IMG/VR virus record: IMGVR_UViG_3300029825_000766
Location: 1-27,097 of that record
Source: a virus
Lineage: Duplodnaviria; Caudoviricetes
DNA length: 27,097 nucleotides
Strand: one strand, 5' to 3'
Position numbers and translations under genes: made by a program. Positions 6,540-15,874 of the stretch are shown piece after piece (position 1 is the stretch's first letter; the number at the start of each line of letters is the position of its first letter). A model generated the notes under the pieces. That model searched no databases and was not told the origin of the DNA. It was given only the letters and a program-made list of their open reading frames with translations.

Positions 6540-7687
6540 TGGCACAACATGCAATACTGAGTGCGAGTGGAGCAAGCAGATGGCTTGCCTGCCCGCCCAG
6601 TGCAAGACTTGAACAGGGCTTTCCTAATACCACAAGTGAATATGCTCAAGAGGGAACACTTGCCCATGAACTAGGTGAGCAGGTATTAAAGCAAAAACTA
6701 GGATGTATTAGCATAAAAGAATTTAACAAAGAGTACAAAACGATTAAAAAAAACAAGCTCTATACACCCGATATGCTCGATTATATAGATACCTATATAG
6801 ATACATGCATGGAAAAGGTTTCAGAAGCCAAAGCAAGAACGCCCGACGCAATATTTAGAATAGAACAGAAGCTTGATTTTAGTGAATGGGTTCCTGATGG
6901 ATTTGGAACAGGTGATTTTGTAATAATTGCAGATGAAACAATGGAAATATGTGATTTAAAGTATGGCAAAGGTGTTCCAGTATCGGCTGCGGGGAATAAA
7001 CAAATGATGTTATATGCACTTGGAGCCATAGCAGAGTTTAGCTTCTTATATGACATAGAAAAGGTAAAAATGACTATTATACAGCCAAGGCTTGATAATA
7101 TTAGTACTAATGAAGTAGATGCTAATGAGTTACTTAAATGGGCGGAAGAAATATTAAAGCCAACAGCCCAACTTGCATTTAAAGGTGAAGGGGAATTTTG
7201 TGCAGGAGATCATTGTCAGTTTTGCAGAGCTAAAGCAGTTTGTAGAGCAAGAGCCAATAAGAATATGGAACTTGCGCAGTATGATTTTCAAGATCCCCCA
7301 ACTTTAGATAATGGTGATATAGCTTATATATTATCTAAAGCAAATGAATTAATTAAATGGGCCAAAGATGTACAAGATTATGCTCTTGAACAAGCTTTAC
7401 AAGGTGAGGAGTTCGTAGGCTTTAAAGTAGTTGAAGGCAGGAGTAATCGAAAATATACAGATAATAATAAGGTAGCTAAAGTATTAATTGCAAGTGGTTA
7501 TCCAGAGGATAAGATATATAAGCCTAAAGACTTAGAGGAATTAACTGCTATGGAGAAGATAGTTGGTAAAAAGAAATTAAATCAATTAATAGGTGATTAT
7601 ATTGAAAAACCACAAGGTAAACCAGTTTTAGTACCAGAGAATGATAAAAGACCAGTTTATAACTCTGCAGAAGCAGATTTTAAATAA
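6539..7687 (+). CDS. DUF2800 family PD-(D/E)xK (Cas4-like) nuclease
   Basis: HAILSASGASRWLACPPS, GTLAHE, GFGTGD, ICDLKYGKG, QMMLYALG, CQFCRAKAVC (four-Cys arrangement as in Cas4/AddB). Confidence 0.9.
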   Translation: MAQHAILSASGASRWLACPPSARLEQGFPNTTSEYAQEGTLAHELGEQVLKQKLGCISIKEFNKEYKTIKKNKLYTPDMLDYIDTYIDTCMEKVSEAKARTPDAIFRIEQKLDFSEWVPDGFGTGDFVIIADETMEICDLKYGKGVPVSAAGNKQMMLYALGAIAEFSFLYDIEKVKMTIIQPRLDNISTNEVDANELLKWAEEILKPTAQLAFKGEGEFCAGDHCQFCRAKAVCRARANKNMELAQYDFQDPPTLDNGDIAYILSKANELIKWAKDVQDYALEQALQGEEFVGFKVVEGRSNRKYTDNNKVAKVLIASGYPEDKIYKPKDLEELTAMEKIVGKKKLNQLIGDYIEKPQGKPVLVPENDKRPVYNSAEADFK

Positions 7688-7713
7688 TTTAAATTTAAAG
7701 GAGAGATTTTATT

Positions 7714-8268
7714 ATGATAAAAGCTAAAAGGACAGGAACAAAAGTAACTACAGGAAAGGTTAGATTAAGTTATGCACACTTATTTGAGCCTCATGCAATA
7801 GAAGGAAATGAACCTAAATATAGTGTGAGTGTAATAGTACCTAAGACAGATACAGAAACATTAAAAGCTATTAAGGAAGCCACGGATGAAGCTAAGGAAA
7901 ATGGAAAAAGCAAGTGGGGCGGTAAAGCACCAGCAAATTTAAAAACACCTTTAAGAGATGGAGATGCAGAAAGACCTGATGATGAAGCATATGCAAATAG
8001 TTATTTTCTTAATGCAAATTCTAAAATTAAGCCAGGAGTAGTTGACCAAAATGTACAACCCATATTAGATGCTACAGAAGTATATAGTGGCTGCTATGCA
8101 AGATTAACTCTTAATTTTTATCCATATGCAGCAAGCGGAAATAAAGGCATTGCGGCAGGACTTGGTAATGTACAAAAGTTAGAAGAGGGGGAACCGCTTG
8201 GCGGATTTACAAGAGCCGAAGATGATTTTGACATTGTAGAATCGGCTGAAGATGATTTTTTAGGCTAA
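7714..8268 (+). CDS. DUF2815 family single-stranded DNA-binding protein
   Basis: VRLSYAHLFEP, PLRDGD, EVYSGCY, GIAAGLGNVQK; acidic C-terminal tail ending DDFLG. Confidence 0.9.
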   Translation: MIKAKRTGTKVTTGKVRLSYAHLFEPHAIEGNEPKYSVSVIVPKTDTETLKAIKEATDEAKENGKSKWGGKAPANLKTPLRDGDAERPDDEAYANSYFLNANSKIKPGVVDQNVQPILDATEVYSGCYARLTLNFYPYAASGNKGIAAGLGNVQKLEEGEPLGGFTRAEDDFDIVESAEDDFLG

Positions 8269-8274
8269 TGCCTA

Positions 8275-8305
8275 TTAATGGGTAGGTAAAAAGCCTACCC
8301 ATTAA
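8275..8305 (+). terminator. 12-bp perfect hairpin between SSB and polymerase genes
   Basis: TTAATGGGTAGG-taaaaag-CCTACCCATTAA; U-tract is weak. Confidence 0.65.
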
Positions 8306-8333
8306 ATTTATAATAAGTAGGTGATTAGTAGTT

Positions 8334-10301
8334 GTGAATACATTAGCAATTGATGTTGAAACGTATAGCAGCATAGATATAAAAACCTCGGGCGCATATA
8401 AGTATGTAGAAGCTCCTGACTTTGAAATATTACTATTTGGTTATGCTTTTAATGATAAACCCGTAGGGGTTATAGATTTTGCTCAAGGCGAAGAATTACC
8501 GCAGGATGTTATAGATGCACTTGATGATTCAAATACAATAAAAACAGCTTTTAATGCTAATTTTGAAAGAAATGCTATAGCAAAATATTTAAATATACTG
8601 GCTCCTCCAGAACAATGGCAGTGCACAATGGTAAAAGCTTTAACTTTAGGATTGCCAGGAAGTCTTGATATGGTTGGTAAGGTTTTAAACTTTGAGGAAG
8701 ATAAACAGAAAATGAAGGAAGGTAAAGCCCTAATACAATACTTCTGTAAGCCATGTAAACCAACTAAAGCTAATGGAGGTAGAAATAGAAATCTTCCTGA
8801 ACACGACATGGATAAATGGCAGCTCTTTAAAGAATATAATAAGCAGGATGTTGAAGTTGAAAGAGAAATTAGAAAGTTACTGAGTAGATATGAAACTACG
8901 GACAAGGAACAAAGACTGTGGGAATTAGATCAACACATAAATGATAGAGGGGTTAATACTGATTTAAAACTTATTGAACAAGCTATAAAATGCGATGCAA
9001 ATTATACAAAAAAACTAATGGATGCAGCTATAAAATTAACTGGCCTTAAAAATCCTAATAGTCCTACACAGATAAAAAAATGGATAGGTGCAAGACTTGG
9101 GCATGAAGTTAAATCCTTAAATAAAAAAGCCATTCCTGAACTCATAGAAGAGGCTAAGAGCTTTAAAAACGGTGAAGTAATACAAATGCTAGAGTTAAGA
9201 AAACTTATGGCTAAAACGTCAATTAAGAAGTATGAGACCATGCAAAACGCTAGGTGTAGTGATGGAAGAGTAAGAGGACTATTACAGTTTTACGGAGCTA
9301 ATAGAACTGGTAGATGGGCTGGAAGATTGGTACAAGTACAGAACCTTCCACAAAATCATTTACCTGATTTAGATGATGCAAGAAACTTCATAAGGGAAGG
9401 CAAATTTAGTGATGCAGAATTCCTATATGACAGTATTCCAGATACATTAAGTCAATTAATAAGAACTGCTTTTATACCTGGAGATGGCAATAGATTTATA
9501 GTATCAGACTTTAGCGCTATTGAGGCAAGAGTTATTGCTTGGCTTGCGGGAGAACAATGGAGATTAAATGTCTTTAAGACGCATGGGAAAATATATGAAG
9601 CTTCAGCAAGTCAAATGTTTAAAGTCCCAATAGAAAGTATTCATAAGGGTGATCCATTAAGACAAAAAGGAAAAATAGCAGAGTTAGCACTTGGCTATGG
9701 CGGAAGTGTAGGAGCTCTTACATCAATGGGTGCTTTAAATATGGGTTTAAAGGAAGAAGAATTAAAACCGCTTGTAGATAGCTGGAGAGCAGCTAATCCA
9801 AATATAACTAAATTTTGGTGGGACGTAGATAAGGTTGCTAAAAAAGCTATTAAAGAAAGAACTACAGTATGTATGCAATATAGGCTTAAGTTTATATATG
9901 ACCCCGGGGTTTTATTTATACAATTACCTTCAGGTAGGAAACTAAGTTATATAAGACCTAAAATAGAACCCCATGAAACATTCTCAGGAGATAAAATAAC
10001 TTATGAAGGTATGGAACAAACTTCTAAACAATGGACAAGAATAGATACTTATGGTCCTAAATTAGTAGAAAATATAGTACAAGCCACTGCAAGGGACTGC
10101 CTAGGAGTAACAATGATAAGAGTAGAAAAAGCAGGATATCCGATAGTAATGCATGTTCATGATGAATTAATAATGGACGTGCCAAAGAATTATGGAACCC
10201 TTGAAGAAGTTAACAGTATATTTGCTGAACCAATAGAATGGGCACCAGGACTTCCACTTAAAGCTGATGGATATGAGTGTAATTATTATCAGAAGGATTA
10301 A
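8334..10301 (+). CDS. Family A DNA polymerase with 3'-5' exonuclease domain
   Basis: DVET (Exo I), NANFE (Exo II), YNKQDV (Exo III), RTGRW, DFSAIEAR (motif A), RQKGKIAELALGYG (motif B), HVHDE (motif C). Confidence 0.95.
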   Translation: MNTLAIDVETYSSIDIKTSGAYKYVEAPDFEILLFGYAFNDKPVGVIDFAQGEELPQDVIDALDDSNTIKTAFNANFERNAIAKYLNILAPPEQWQCTMVKALTLGLPGSLDMVGKVLNFEEDKQKMKEGKALIQYFCKPCKPTKANGGRNRNLPEHDMDKWQLFKEYNKQDVEVEREIRKLLSRYETTDKEQRLWELDQHINDRGVNTDLKLIEQAIKCDANYTKKLMDAAIKLTGLKNPNSPTQIKKWIGARLGHEVKSLNKKAIPELIEEAKSFKNGEVIQMLELRKLMAKTSIKKYETMQNARCSDGRVRGLLQFYGANRTGRWAGRLVQVQNLPQNHLPDLDDARNFIREGKFSDAEFLYDSIPDTLSQLIRTAFIPGDGNRFIVSDFSAIEARVIAWLAGEQWRLNVFKTHGKIYEASASQMFKVPIESIHKGDPLRQKGKIAELALGYGGSVGALTSMGALNMGLKEEELKPLVDSWRAANPNITKFWWDVDKVAKKAIKERTTVCMQYRLKFIYDPGVLFIQLPSGRKLSYIRPKIEPHETFSGDKITYEGMEQTSKQWTRIDTYGPKLVENIVQATARDCLGVTMIRVEKAGYPIVMHVHDELIMDVPKNYGTLEEVNSIFAEPIEWAPGLPLKADGYECNYYQKD

Positions 10302-10348
10302 GTCCTAAAATAAATTCGCATTATGATTAAAATGCGAAGTAAGGAGGT

Positions 10349-10576
10349 TTGAAGATGAACGATAAACTTGATGTAACCTTTAAAACACGAATGAGCAAAT
10401 ATGATAATTGTATATGTAGTGCATGCCATGATACATCCACGGTGATGAAAGTATCATTACCAAATACATTATTTCATGATGGGAAAAAGCTTAGTACAAG
10501 ATACACAGAGTATTGGCTATGTGCGAAATGCAGGACTAAGTTAACTCATGCTTTAGATTTTCCAGAGGAGGAATAA
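10349..10576 (+). CDS. Small putative zinc-binding protein
   Basis: CSAC...CAKC; AAGGAGG RBS. Confidence 0.7.
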   Translation: MKMNDKLDVTFKTRMSKYDNCICSACHDTSTVMKVSLPNTLFHDGKKLSTRYTEYWLCAKCRTKLTHALDFPEEE

Positions 10577-10578
10577 AA

Positions 10579-10677
10579 TTGAGAATTGATAAAGATAGAT
10601 TCTACGATGGAACTTGTGAGAAATGCAAAAATCTAGAAGAGTGTAAAGGTGCAAATATGTATTCTTGTGCTAGATAG
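10579..10677 (+). CDS. 32-aa Cys-rich mini-protein
   Basis: GAGGAGG RBS, TTG start; MRIDKDRFYDGTCEKCKNLEECKGANMYSCAR. Confidence 0.5.
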   Translation: MRIDKDRFYDGTCEKCKNLEECKGANMYSCAR

Positions 10678-10738
10678 ATTGGATTAAGACGCAAAACAAG
10701 GATAAAGCGAAAAAGTGATCTTAAAAAGAGGTGGTAAT

Positions 10739-13174
10739 TTGGAATATGAAGCAAAGGATATAAAAATAAATGCAGGAATTAAATATGATGGGCAGATAGC
10801 ACTTGCCACTGGAAAAAGTAAAAGAGAAACCCACTGGAAGAATAAAAGTATACTTTGGTCGGATTTAGTTGATAAATTATCAAATACCACAAGAACCCCT
10901 GAAACCTATGCTGAATATAAAAAAATGTCTAAGACTGATAAAGATAATATAAAAGATGTTGGGGGATTTGTGGGGGGTACATTAAAAAATGGCCATAGGA
11001 AGGCTGAGAATGTTGCAAATAGAACCTTAATAACATTAGACATAGATAATGTTAAAGTGGACATATGGGGCAGTATAGAGCTGTTATGGGGATTTTCTGT
11101 TGCCATGTATTCAACCCATACACATACAGCAGAAAATCCAAGATTAAGATTAGTAATACCTCTTTCAAGACCTGTTTTACCGGATGAGTATCAGGCTGTG
11201 GCCCGAATGATAGCGAATGATTTAGGCATAGACCAGTTTGATGATACAACTTATGAACCATCAAGACTTATGTATTGGCCATCAACAAGTGCTGATGGAG
11301 AATATATATTTAAAATACAGGATGGATCTTGGTTAAATCCTGATGATGTATTGGATAGATATACTTTTGGATGGCAGGATGTAAGTTATTGGCCGGAGAG
11401 CAGCAGAGCCAGAGCCAAACTTACAAGCGATATTAAAAGGCAAGAGGATCCATTAACTAAGAAAGGTGTTATAGGTGCTTTTTGTAGGACCTATACAATA
11501 ACTGAGGCTATAGCAGAATTTTTAAGTGATATTTATATACCCGGTGTGGATGATACCAGATACACATACGCTGCAGGAAGTACCACTGGTGGGGTTGTTA
11601 TTTACGATAATAAATTTAGTTATAGCCACCATGGGACAGATCCTGCAAGCAATATCTTATGTAATGCATTTGACTTAGTTAGAATTCATAAATTTGGATA
11701 TTTAGATGAAGAAGACGCAAAGACAGATACTCCAGCTAATAGATTACCTTCATTCACAAAAATGAGTGAATTTGCTATTTCTGATGAAAGAGTAATGCAG
11801 ACACTGGGAAAAGAAAAGATGGAAAAGGCTCAAGAAGACTTTGGCATTATAGATACTAAAGAAGTAGACACCGAATGGGTAAAGGAATTAACGTATACAG
11901 AGCAAGGCAAGATTAGAAATACAATAAGTAATTTTAACTTAATAATAGAAAATGATCCAATGCTTAAAGGTAAAATAGCATATAATGAATTTTCTAATAG
12001 GGCGGTAGTTATCGGTGGGCTTCCATGGAGAAATAAAAATAATAAATCAGATTGGAATGATACAGACGATAGCGGGCTTAGAGAATATATAGAAAAGTAT
12101 TATGGTATAAGCTCAACAGCAAAATGTGCGGATGCCTTAGCATTATCATTTGAAAAACATTCTTTTCACCCCATAAAGGATTATCTAAATAGTCTTTCAT
12201 GGGATGGAATAAAAAGAGTAGATACATTACTTATGGACTACTTGGGGGCAGAAGATAATCAATATGTAAGAATAATTAGCAGAAAAATATTAGTAGCAGC
12301 AGTTGGAAGGGTTTTTATTCCCGGGATTAAATTCGATAATATGCCAGTACTTAGTGGGCCGCAAGGAATAGGCAAAAGTACTCTTATTAAGAAGTTAGGT
12401 AGGGAATGGTATTCAGACAGTTTAACTACTGTAAGTGGTAAAGAAGCTTATGAACAATTACAGGGTGTATGGCTCTTAGAAATGGGCGAAATGATGGCTA
12501 CTAAGAAAGCAGATATTGAAGCTACAAAACAATTCCTAAGTAAATCAGAAGATATCTATAGGGTAGCCTATGGCAGAAGGACAAGCCGATTTCCACGCCA
12601 ATGTGTATTTATTGGTACTACTAATGACAAAGAGTTTTTAAGAGATAAAACAGGTAACAGAAGGTTTTGGCCAGTAGATGTTGGGTTTATGCCGCATTGT
12701 AAAAATGTATTCAAAGACTTAACAGATCATGAAATTGATCAAATATGGGCTGAGGCTTTAGAAATATGGAAAGATGGGGAACCATTATACCTAAGTAAAG
12801 AAGAAGAGGCGGAAGCAGCTAAACAGCAGGAAGCTCATAGTGAAGAGAGCGCAAAGACCGGATTAATTGAAGAATATCTTAATAAGCCCTTACTAGATAA
12901 TTGGTACAACTTAGGATTAGCTGAAAGAAAAAATTATATTCAAGGTACCGAGTTTGGAGAACAATCTGAGGGTACTATGCGCAGAGATAAAACATGTGTT
13001 ATGGAAATATGGGTAGAACTTTTTAACGGTGATCCTAAGCAGCTTACACCTCTGCAGTCCAGAGAAATTAATGACATTTTGAAAGGACTTGAAGAGTGGG
13101 AAAGGAATAATTCCCCTTTAAGCTTTGGTAAAGTTTATGGTAGACAAAGAGCCTATATACGGAAACAAAATTAA
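10739..13174 (+). CDS. Primase-polymerase/VirE-family (VapE) helicase fusion
   Basis: N-terminal TLDID, STHTH, RLRLVIPL; C-terminal Walker A GPQGIGKST, WLLEMGEM, GTTN, DKTGNRRFWP; TTG at 10739 follows a GAGGTGG RBS (track start 10715). Confidence 0.9.
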   Translation: MEYEAKDIKINAGIKYDGQIALATGKSKRETHWKNKSILWSDLVDKLSNTTRTPETYAEYKKMSKTDKDNIKDVGGFVGGTLKNGHRKAENVANRTLITLDIDNVKVDIWGSIELLWGFSVAMYSTHTHTAENPRLRLVIPLSRPVLPDEYQAVARMIANDLGIDQFDDTTYEPSRLMYWPSTSADGEYIFKIQDGSWLNPDDVLDRYTFGWQDVSYWPESSRARAKLTSDIKRQEDPLTKKGVIGAFCRTYTITEAIAEFLSDIYIPGVDDTRYTYAAGSTTGGVVIYDNKFSYSHHGTDPASNILCNAFDLVRIHKFGYLDEEDAKTDTPANRLPSFTKMSEFAISDERVMQTLGKEKMEKAQEDFGIIDTKEVDTEWVKELTYTEQGKIRNTISNFNLIIENDPMLKGKIAYNEFSNRAVVIGGLPWRNKNNKSDWNDTDDSGLREYIEKYYGISSTAKCADALALSFEKHSFHPIKDYLNSLSWDGIKRVDTLLMDYLGAEDNQYVRIISRKILVAAVGRVFIPGIKFDNMPVLSGPQGIGKSTLIKKLGREWYSDSLTTVSGKEAYEQLQGVWLLEMGEMMATKKADIEATKQFLSKSEDIYRVAYGRRTSRFPRQCVFIGTTNDKEFLRDKTGNRRFWPVDVGFMPHCKNVFKDLTDHEIDQIWAEALEIWKDGEPLYLSKEEEAEAAKQQEAHSEESAKTGLIEEYLNKPLLDNWYNLGLAERKNYIQGTEFGEQSEGTMRRDKTCVMEIWVELFNGDPKQLTPLQSREINDILKGLEEWERNNSPLSFGKVYGRQRAYIRKQN

Positions 13175-13189
13175 TATTTAGCCCAAAAT

Positions 13190-13427
13190 TCTGTATCTGC
13201 TTTTAATTTTAAGGTGGATACGATTGATACACAAAAAAAGCATCTGTATCTAGTAGCGTATCCACTTTAAAGTGAGTAATATCAATGATTATAATAGTAT
13301 CAGATACAGATGATACAAAATATATATATAAAGTAATATTTATATAATTAGGCATGTACACGTATATACATATATGCCTAAATACGCATTTATATTATAT
13401 ATAGAAATATTGTATCATTGTATCCGC
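13190..13427. repeat. Iteron/inverted-repeat region, candidate replication origin
   Basis: Ten GATAC/GTATC pentamers, nested inverted repeats and an AT-rich core in the intergenic gap after the primase-helicase. Confidence 0.7.
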
Positions 13428-13450
13428 ACTAAAAAATAGGTGATTAATTT

Positions 13451-13729
13451 ATGGAAGAATCAAGGATTGAAAAAAGGCTTAAGAATGAGATAGAGAAGAT
13501 AGGCGGTAAAGCATTAAAGTTTGTTAGTCCAGGAATGTCTGGGGTACCAGACAGGATTGTTTTATTACCACAAGGTAGGATTGCTTTTGTTGAACTTAAA
13601 GCATCAGGTAAAAAACTAAGACCTATACAGGAGTATAGAGCAAAGGAATTAAAAAGCTTAGGTTTTAGAGTCGAATGTATAGATTCTATTGAGAAGGTAA
13701 TGAAGTTTGTGGAGGAAGTGAGTAGTTGA
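13451..13729 (+). CDS. VRR-NUC domain nuclease
   Basis: ESRIE, KFVSPGMSGVPDRIVL, FVELKA, RPIQ. Confidence 0.92.
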   Translation: MEESRIEKRLKNEIEKIGGKALKFVSPGMSGVPDRIVLLPQGRIAFVELKASGKKLRPIQEYRAKELKSLGFRVECIDSIEKVMKFVEEVSS

Positions 13730-15093
13730 AGTTTAAACCTTGGAATTATCAAGAATATGCAATTAATCACATTATAGATAATAATGCAGTAGCTCTATTC
13801 CTTGATATGGGCATGGGGAAAACCGTAAGTACATTAACAGCAATAGATGGCTTATTATTTCTTGGAGAAATACACAAAGTTCTAGTCATAGCACCTTTAA
13901 GAGTAGCAGAGGATACTTGGTCAACAGAAGTAGAAAAATGGGATCATTTAAAACATTTAAGAATATCTAAGATTCTGGGAACCAAAAAAGAAAGAGAAAA
14001 AGCATTAGCGGATGATGCAGATATTTATGTTACTAATAGAGAAAATGTGGACTGGCTTGTTAAAGAATGTTTTGATGGCTGGATGTTTGACATGGTGGTT
14101 ATTGATGAATTAAGTTCTTTTAAATCTTCTAAAGCAAAAAGATTTAGGGCTTTAAAAAAAGTTAGACCATATTTTAAAAGAATAGTAGGACTTACTGGGA
14201 CACCAGCACCTAATAGTTTAATAGATTTATGGCCACAGCTTTATATATTAGATGGAGGTCAAAGGTTAGGTAAAACTATATCAAGTTATAGAGAACAGTA
14301 TTTCAATCCAGGGCAAAGGAATCAATATGTAGTTTATAACTGGGTACTTAAAGATGGAGCAGGAGAGCAAATTAAAAATAAGATAAAGGATATTTGCATT
14401 TCTATGAGTGCTAAGGATTATTTAGAACTTCCTGAAAGAATTGATAATACTATTGAAATTAAATTACCAGATAAAGCATTAAAAGAATACAAACAATTAG
14501 AAAGGGATCTTGTATTAGAACTTGGCAACAATGATATAACAGCAGCTAATGCAGCAGTACTTACAAATAAACTTTTACAAATGTCTAATGGAGCTATCTA
14601 TTCAGAAAATCATGATGTTGTAGAAATTCATGAAGAAAAATTAAAAGCTTTGTTTGATATTGTTGAATCCGCAAACGGCAAGCCTGTTTTGGTATTATAT
14701 AGTTTCAAACATGACTTTAATAGAATAGTTAAATTTTTAAAAACTAAAAAATTAACTGCTGTAGGGCTTAAAGATTCAAAAGATATTAAAAAATGGAATA
14801 ATGGCGAAATACCTATTCTTTTAGTTCATCCAGCAAGTGCAGGACATGGGTTAAATCTTCAATATGGTGGAAACATTATAGTCTGGTTTGGACTTACATG
14901 GAGTTTAGAGCTTTATCAGCAGGCTAATGCGAGATTATACAGACAAGGGCAGGAGGAAACGGTAATAATTCATCATTTAGTATCTAAGGGCACAATTGAT
15001 GAAGATGTGATGAAGGCCTTAGGAAATAAGGAAGTAAATCAAAACATGTTACTTGAAGCGGTAAAGGCACGATTAGAAAATGTTAAACAGTAA
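13726..15093 (+). CDS. SNF2-family (SF2) helicase/ATPase
   Basis: YQ motif, DMGMGKT (Walker A), VVIDELS, LTGTP, SAGHGLNLQ, QANARLYRQGQ. Confidence 0.93.
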   Translation: MKFKPWNYQEYAINHIIDNNAVALFLDMGMGKTVSTLTAIDGLLFLGEIHKVLVIAPLRVAEDTWSTEVEKWDHLKHLRISKILGTKKEREKALADDADIYVTNRENVDWLVKECFDGWMFDMVVIDELSSFKSSKAKRFRALKKVRPYFKRIVGLTGTPAPNSLIDLWPQLYILDGGQRLGKTISSYREQYFNPGQRNQYVVYNWVLKDGAGEQIKNKIKDICISMSAKDYLELPERIDNTIEIKLPDKALKEYKQLERDLVLELGNNDITAANAAVLTNKLLQMSNGAIYSENHDVVEIHEEKLKALFDIVESANGKPVLVLYSFKHDFNRIVKFLKTKKLTAVGLKDSKDIKKWNNGEIPILLVHPASAGHGLNLQYGGNIIVWFGLTWSLELYQQANARLYRQGQEETVIIHHLVSKGTIDEDVMKALGNKEVNQNMLLEAVKARLENVKQ

Positions 15094-15136
15094 AGATAGA
15101 ATTGGATTATATGAGAGATGCCTAAGGAGTGAGACA

Positions 15137-15565
15137 ATGAATTATAAAAAAGCAGAATGGCTATTGTATAATTACAAAAAATTAAAAGCAGAAGTTAAAA
15201 ACATTGAAATCGAAATAGAGAATATAAAAAATACTTATGTTGGTGCAAGTGCAATTAATACAAGCCAAGAAACCACAGGCGCTACAAATAAAATAACTTC
15301 TACAGTAGAAAATGAAATATTAAACAAAGAACAAAGAATTGAATACCTGAAATCAATTAAAAAGTTAAAAGAGAATCAAATAGAAAAGGTTGATAATTCT
15401 TTGGAAGTACTAACAGAAGAGGATAGAAAACTTATTGAACTAAGATATTTTGAAAGAGTTCCTAATTATAAAGTGGCACAAAGATTTAATATAACAGAGG
15501 AAGGTTGTAGTATGAGAAAAAGAAGAATAATAGAAAATATTAAGGATATTTTAATTTTAGATTAA
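15137..15565 (+). CDS. RinA/ArpU-type late transcriptional regulator (sigma region 4-like HTH)
   Basis: LYNYKKL, coiled coil, SLEVLTEEDRKLIELRYFE....KVAQ; last gene before packaging; ATG at 15137 after AAGGAG (track start 15080). Confidence 0.8.
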   Translation: MNYKKAEWLLYNYKKLKAEVKNIEIEIENIKNTYVGASAINTSQETTGATNKITSTVENEILNKEQRIEYLKSIKKLKENQIEKVDNSLEVLTEEDRKLIELRYFERVPNYKVAQRFNITEEGCSMRKRRIIENIKDILILD

Positions 15566-15619
15566 AACAAGGTTAATTATAAGTGGTAATATGATAGTAT
15601 ACAAAAATGTAAATTTTAA

Positions 15620-15653
15620 GAGCACTGGATTTTAAATAATCTGGTGCTTTTTT
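15620..15653 (+). terminator. Intrinsic terminator
   Basis: AGCACTGGATT-ttaaat-AATCTGGTGCT followed by a T run. Confidence 0.75.
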
Positions 15654-15825
15654 ATGCAAAAGGGATTGGAAGGTGAAAGGAAATAATCCAGTATTAGTAT
15701 GGTTTTAGAAGGAAACCCCATGGGCGTTTAAAGAAAAAGAAAGATATATGCATTAAATCCACAGGAAAGCGTGTCTATGGAAAATCAACCAATCGAAAAT
15801 AATTAAAAATTTATGGATTTATTTT

Positions 15826-15850
15826 AAGAGCCTACACCAAGGCTCTTTTT
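15826..15850 (+). terminator. Intrinsic terminator just upstream of the HNH gene
   Basis: AAGAGCCT-acacca-AGGCTCTT then TTT. Confidence 0.7.
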
Positions 15851-15874
15851 CTATGGGATAAATGAGGTGTTTAA

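Noticed and set aside
10739-13174. 'Virulence-associated protein E' as a virulence factor
   Set aside because: The family name is historical; motifs and context indicate a primase-helicase
13190-13427. CRISPR mini-array associated with the Cas4-like gene
   Set aside because: Repeats are 5-15 bp, in mixed orientation and irregularly spaced; there is no repeat-spacer periodicity
15660-15805. Small ORF, tRNA or structured ncRNA between the two late terminators
   Set aside because: All three forward frames are broken by early stops or lack a start; no cloverleaf or recognisable riboswitch; at most a decayed gene
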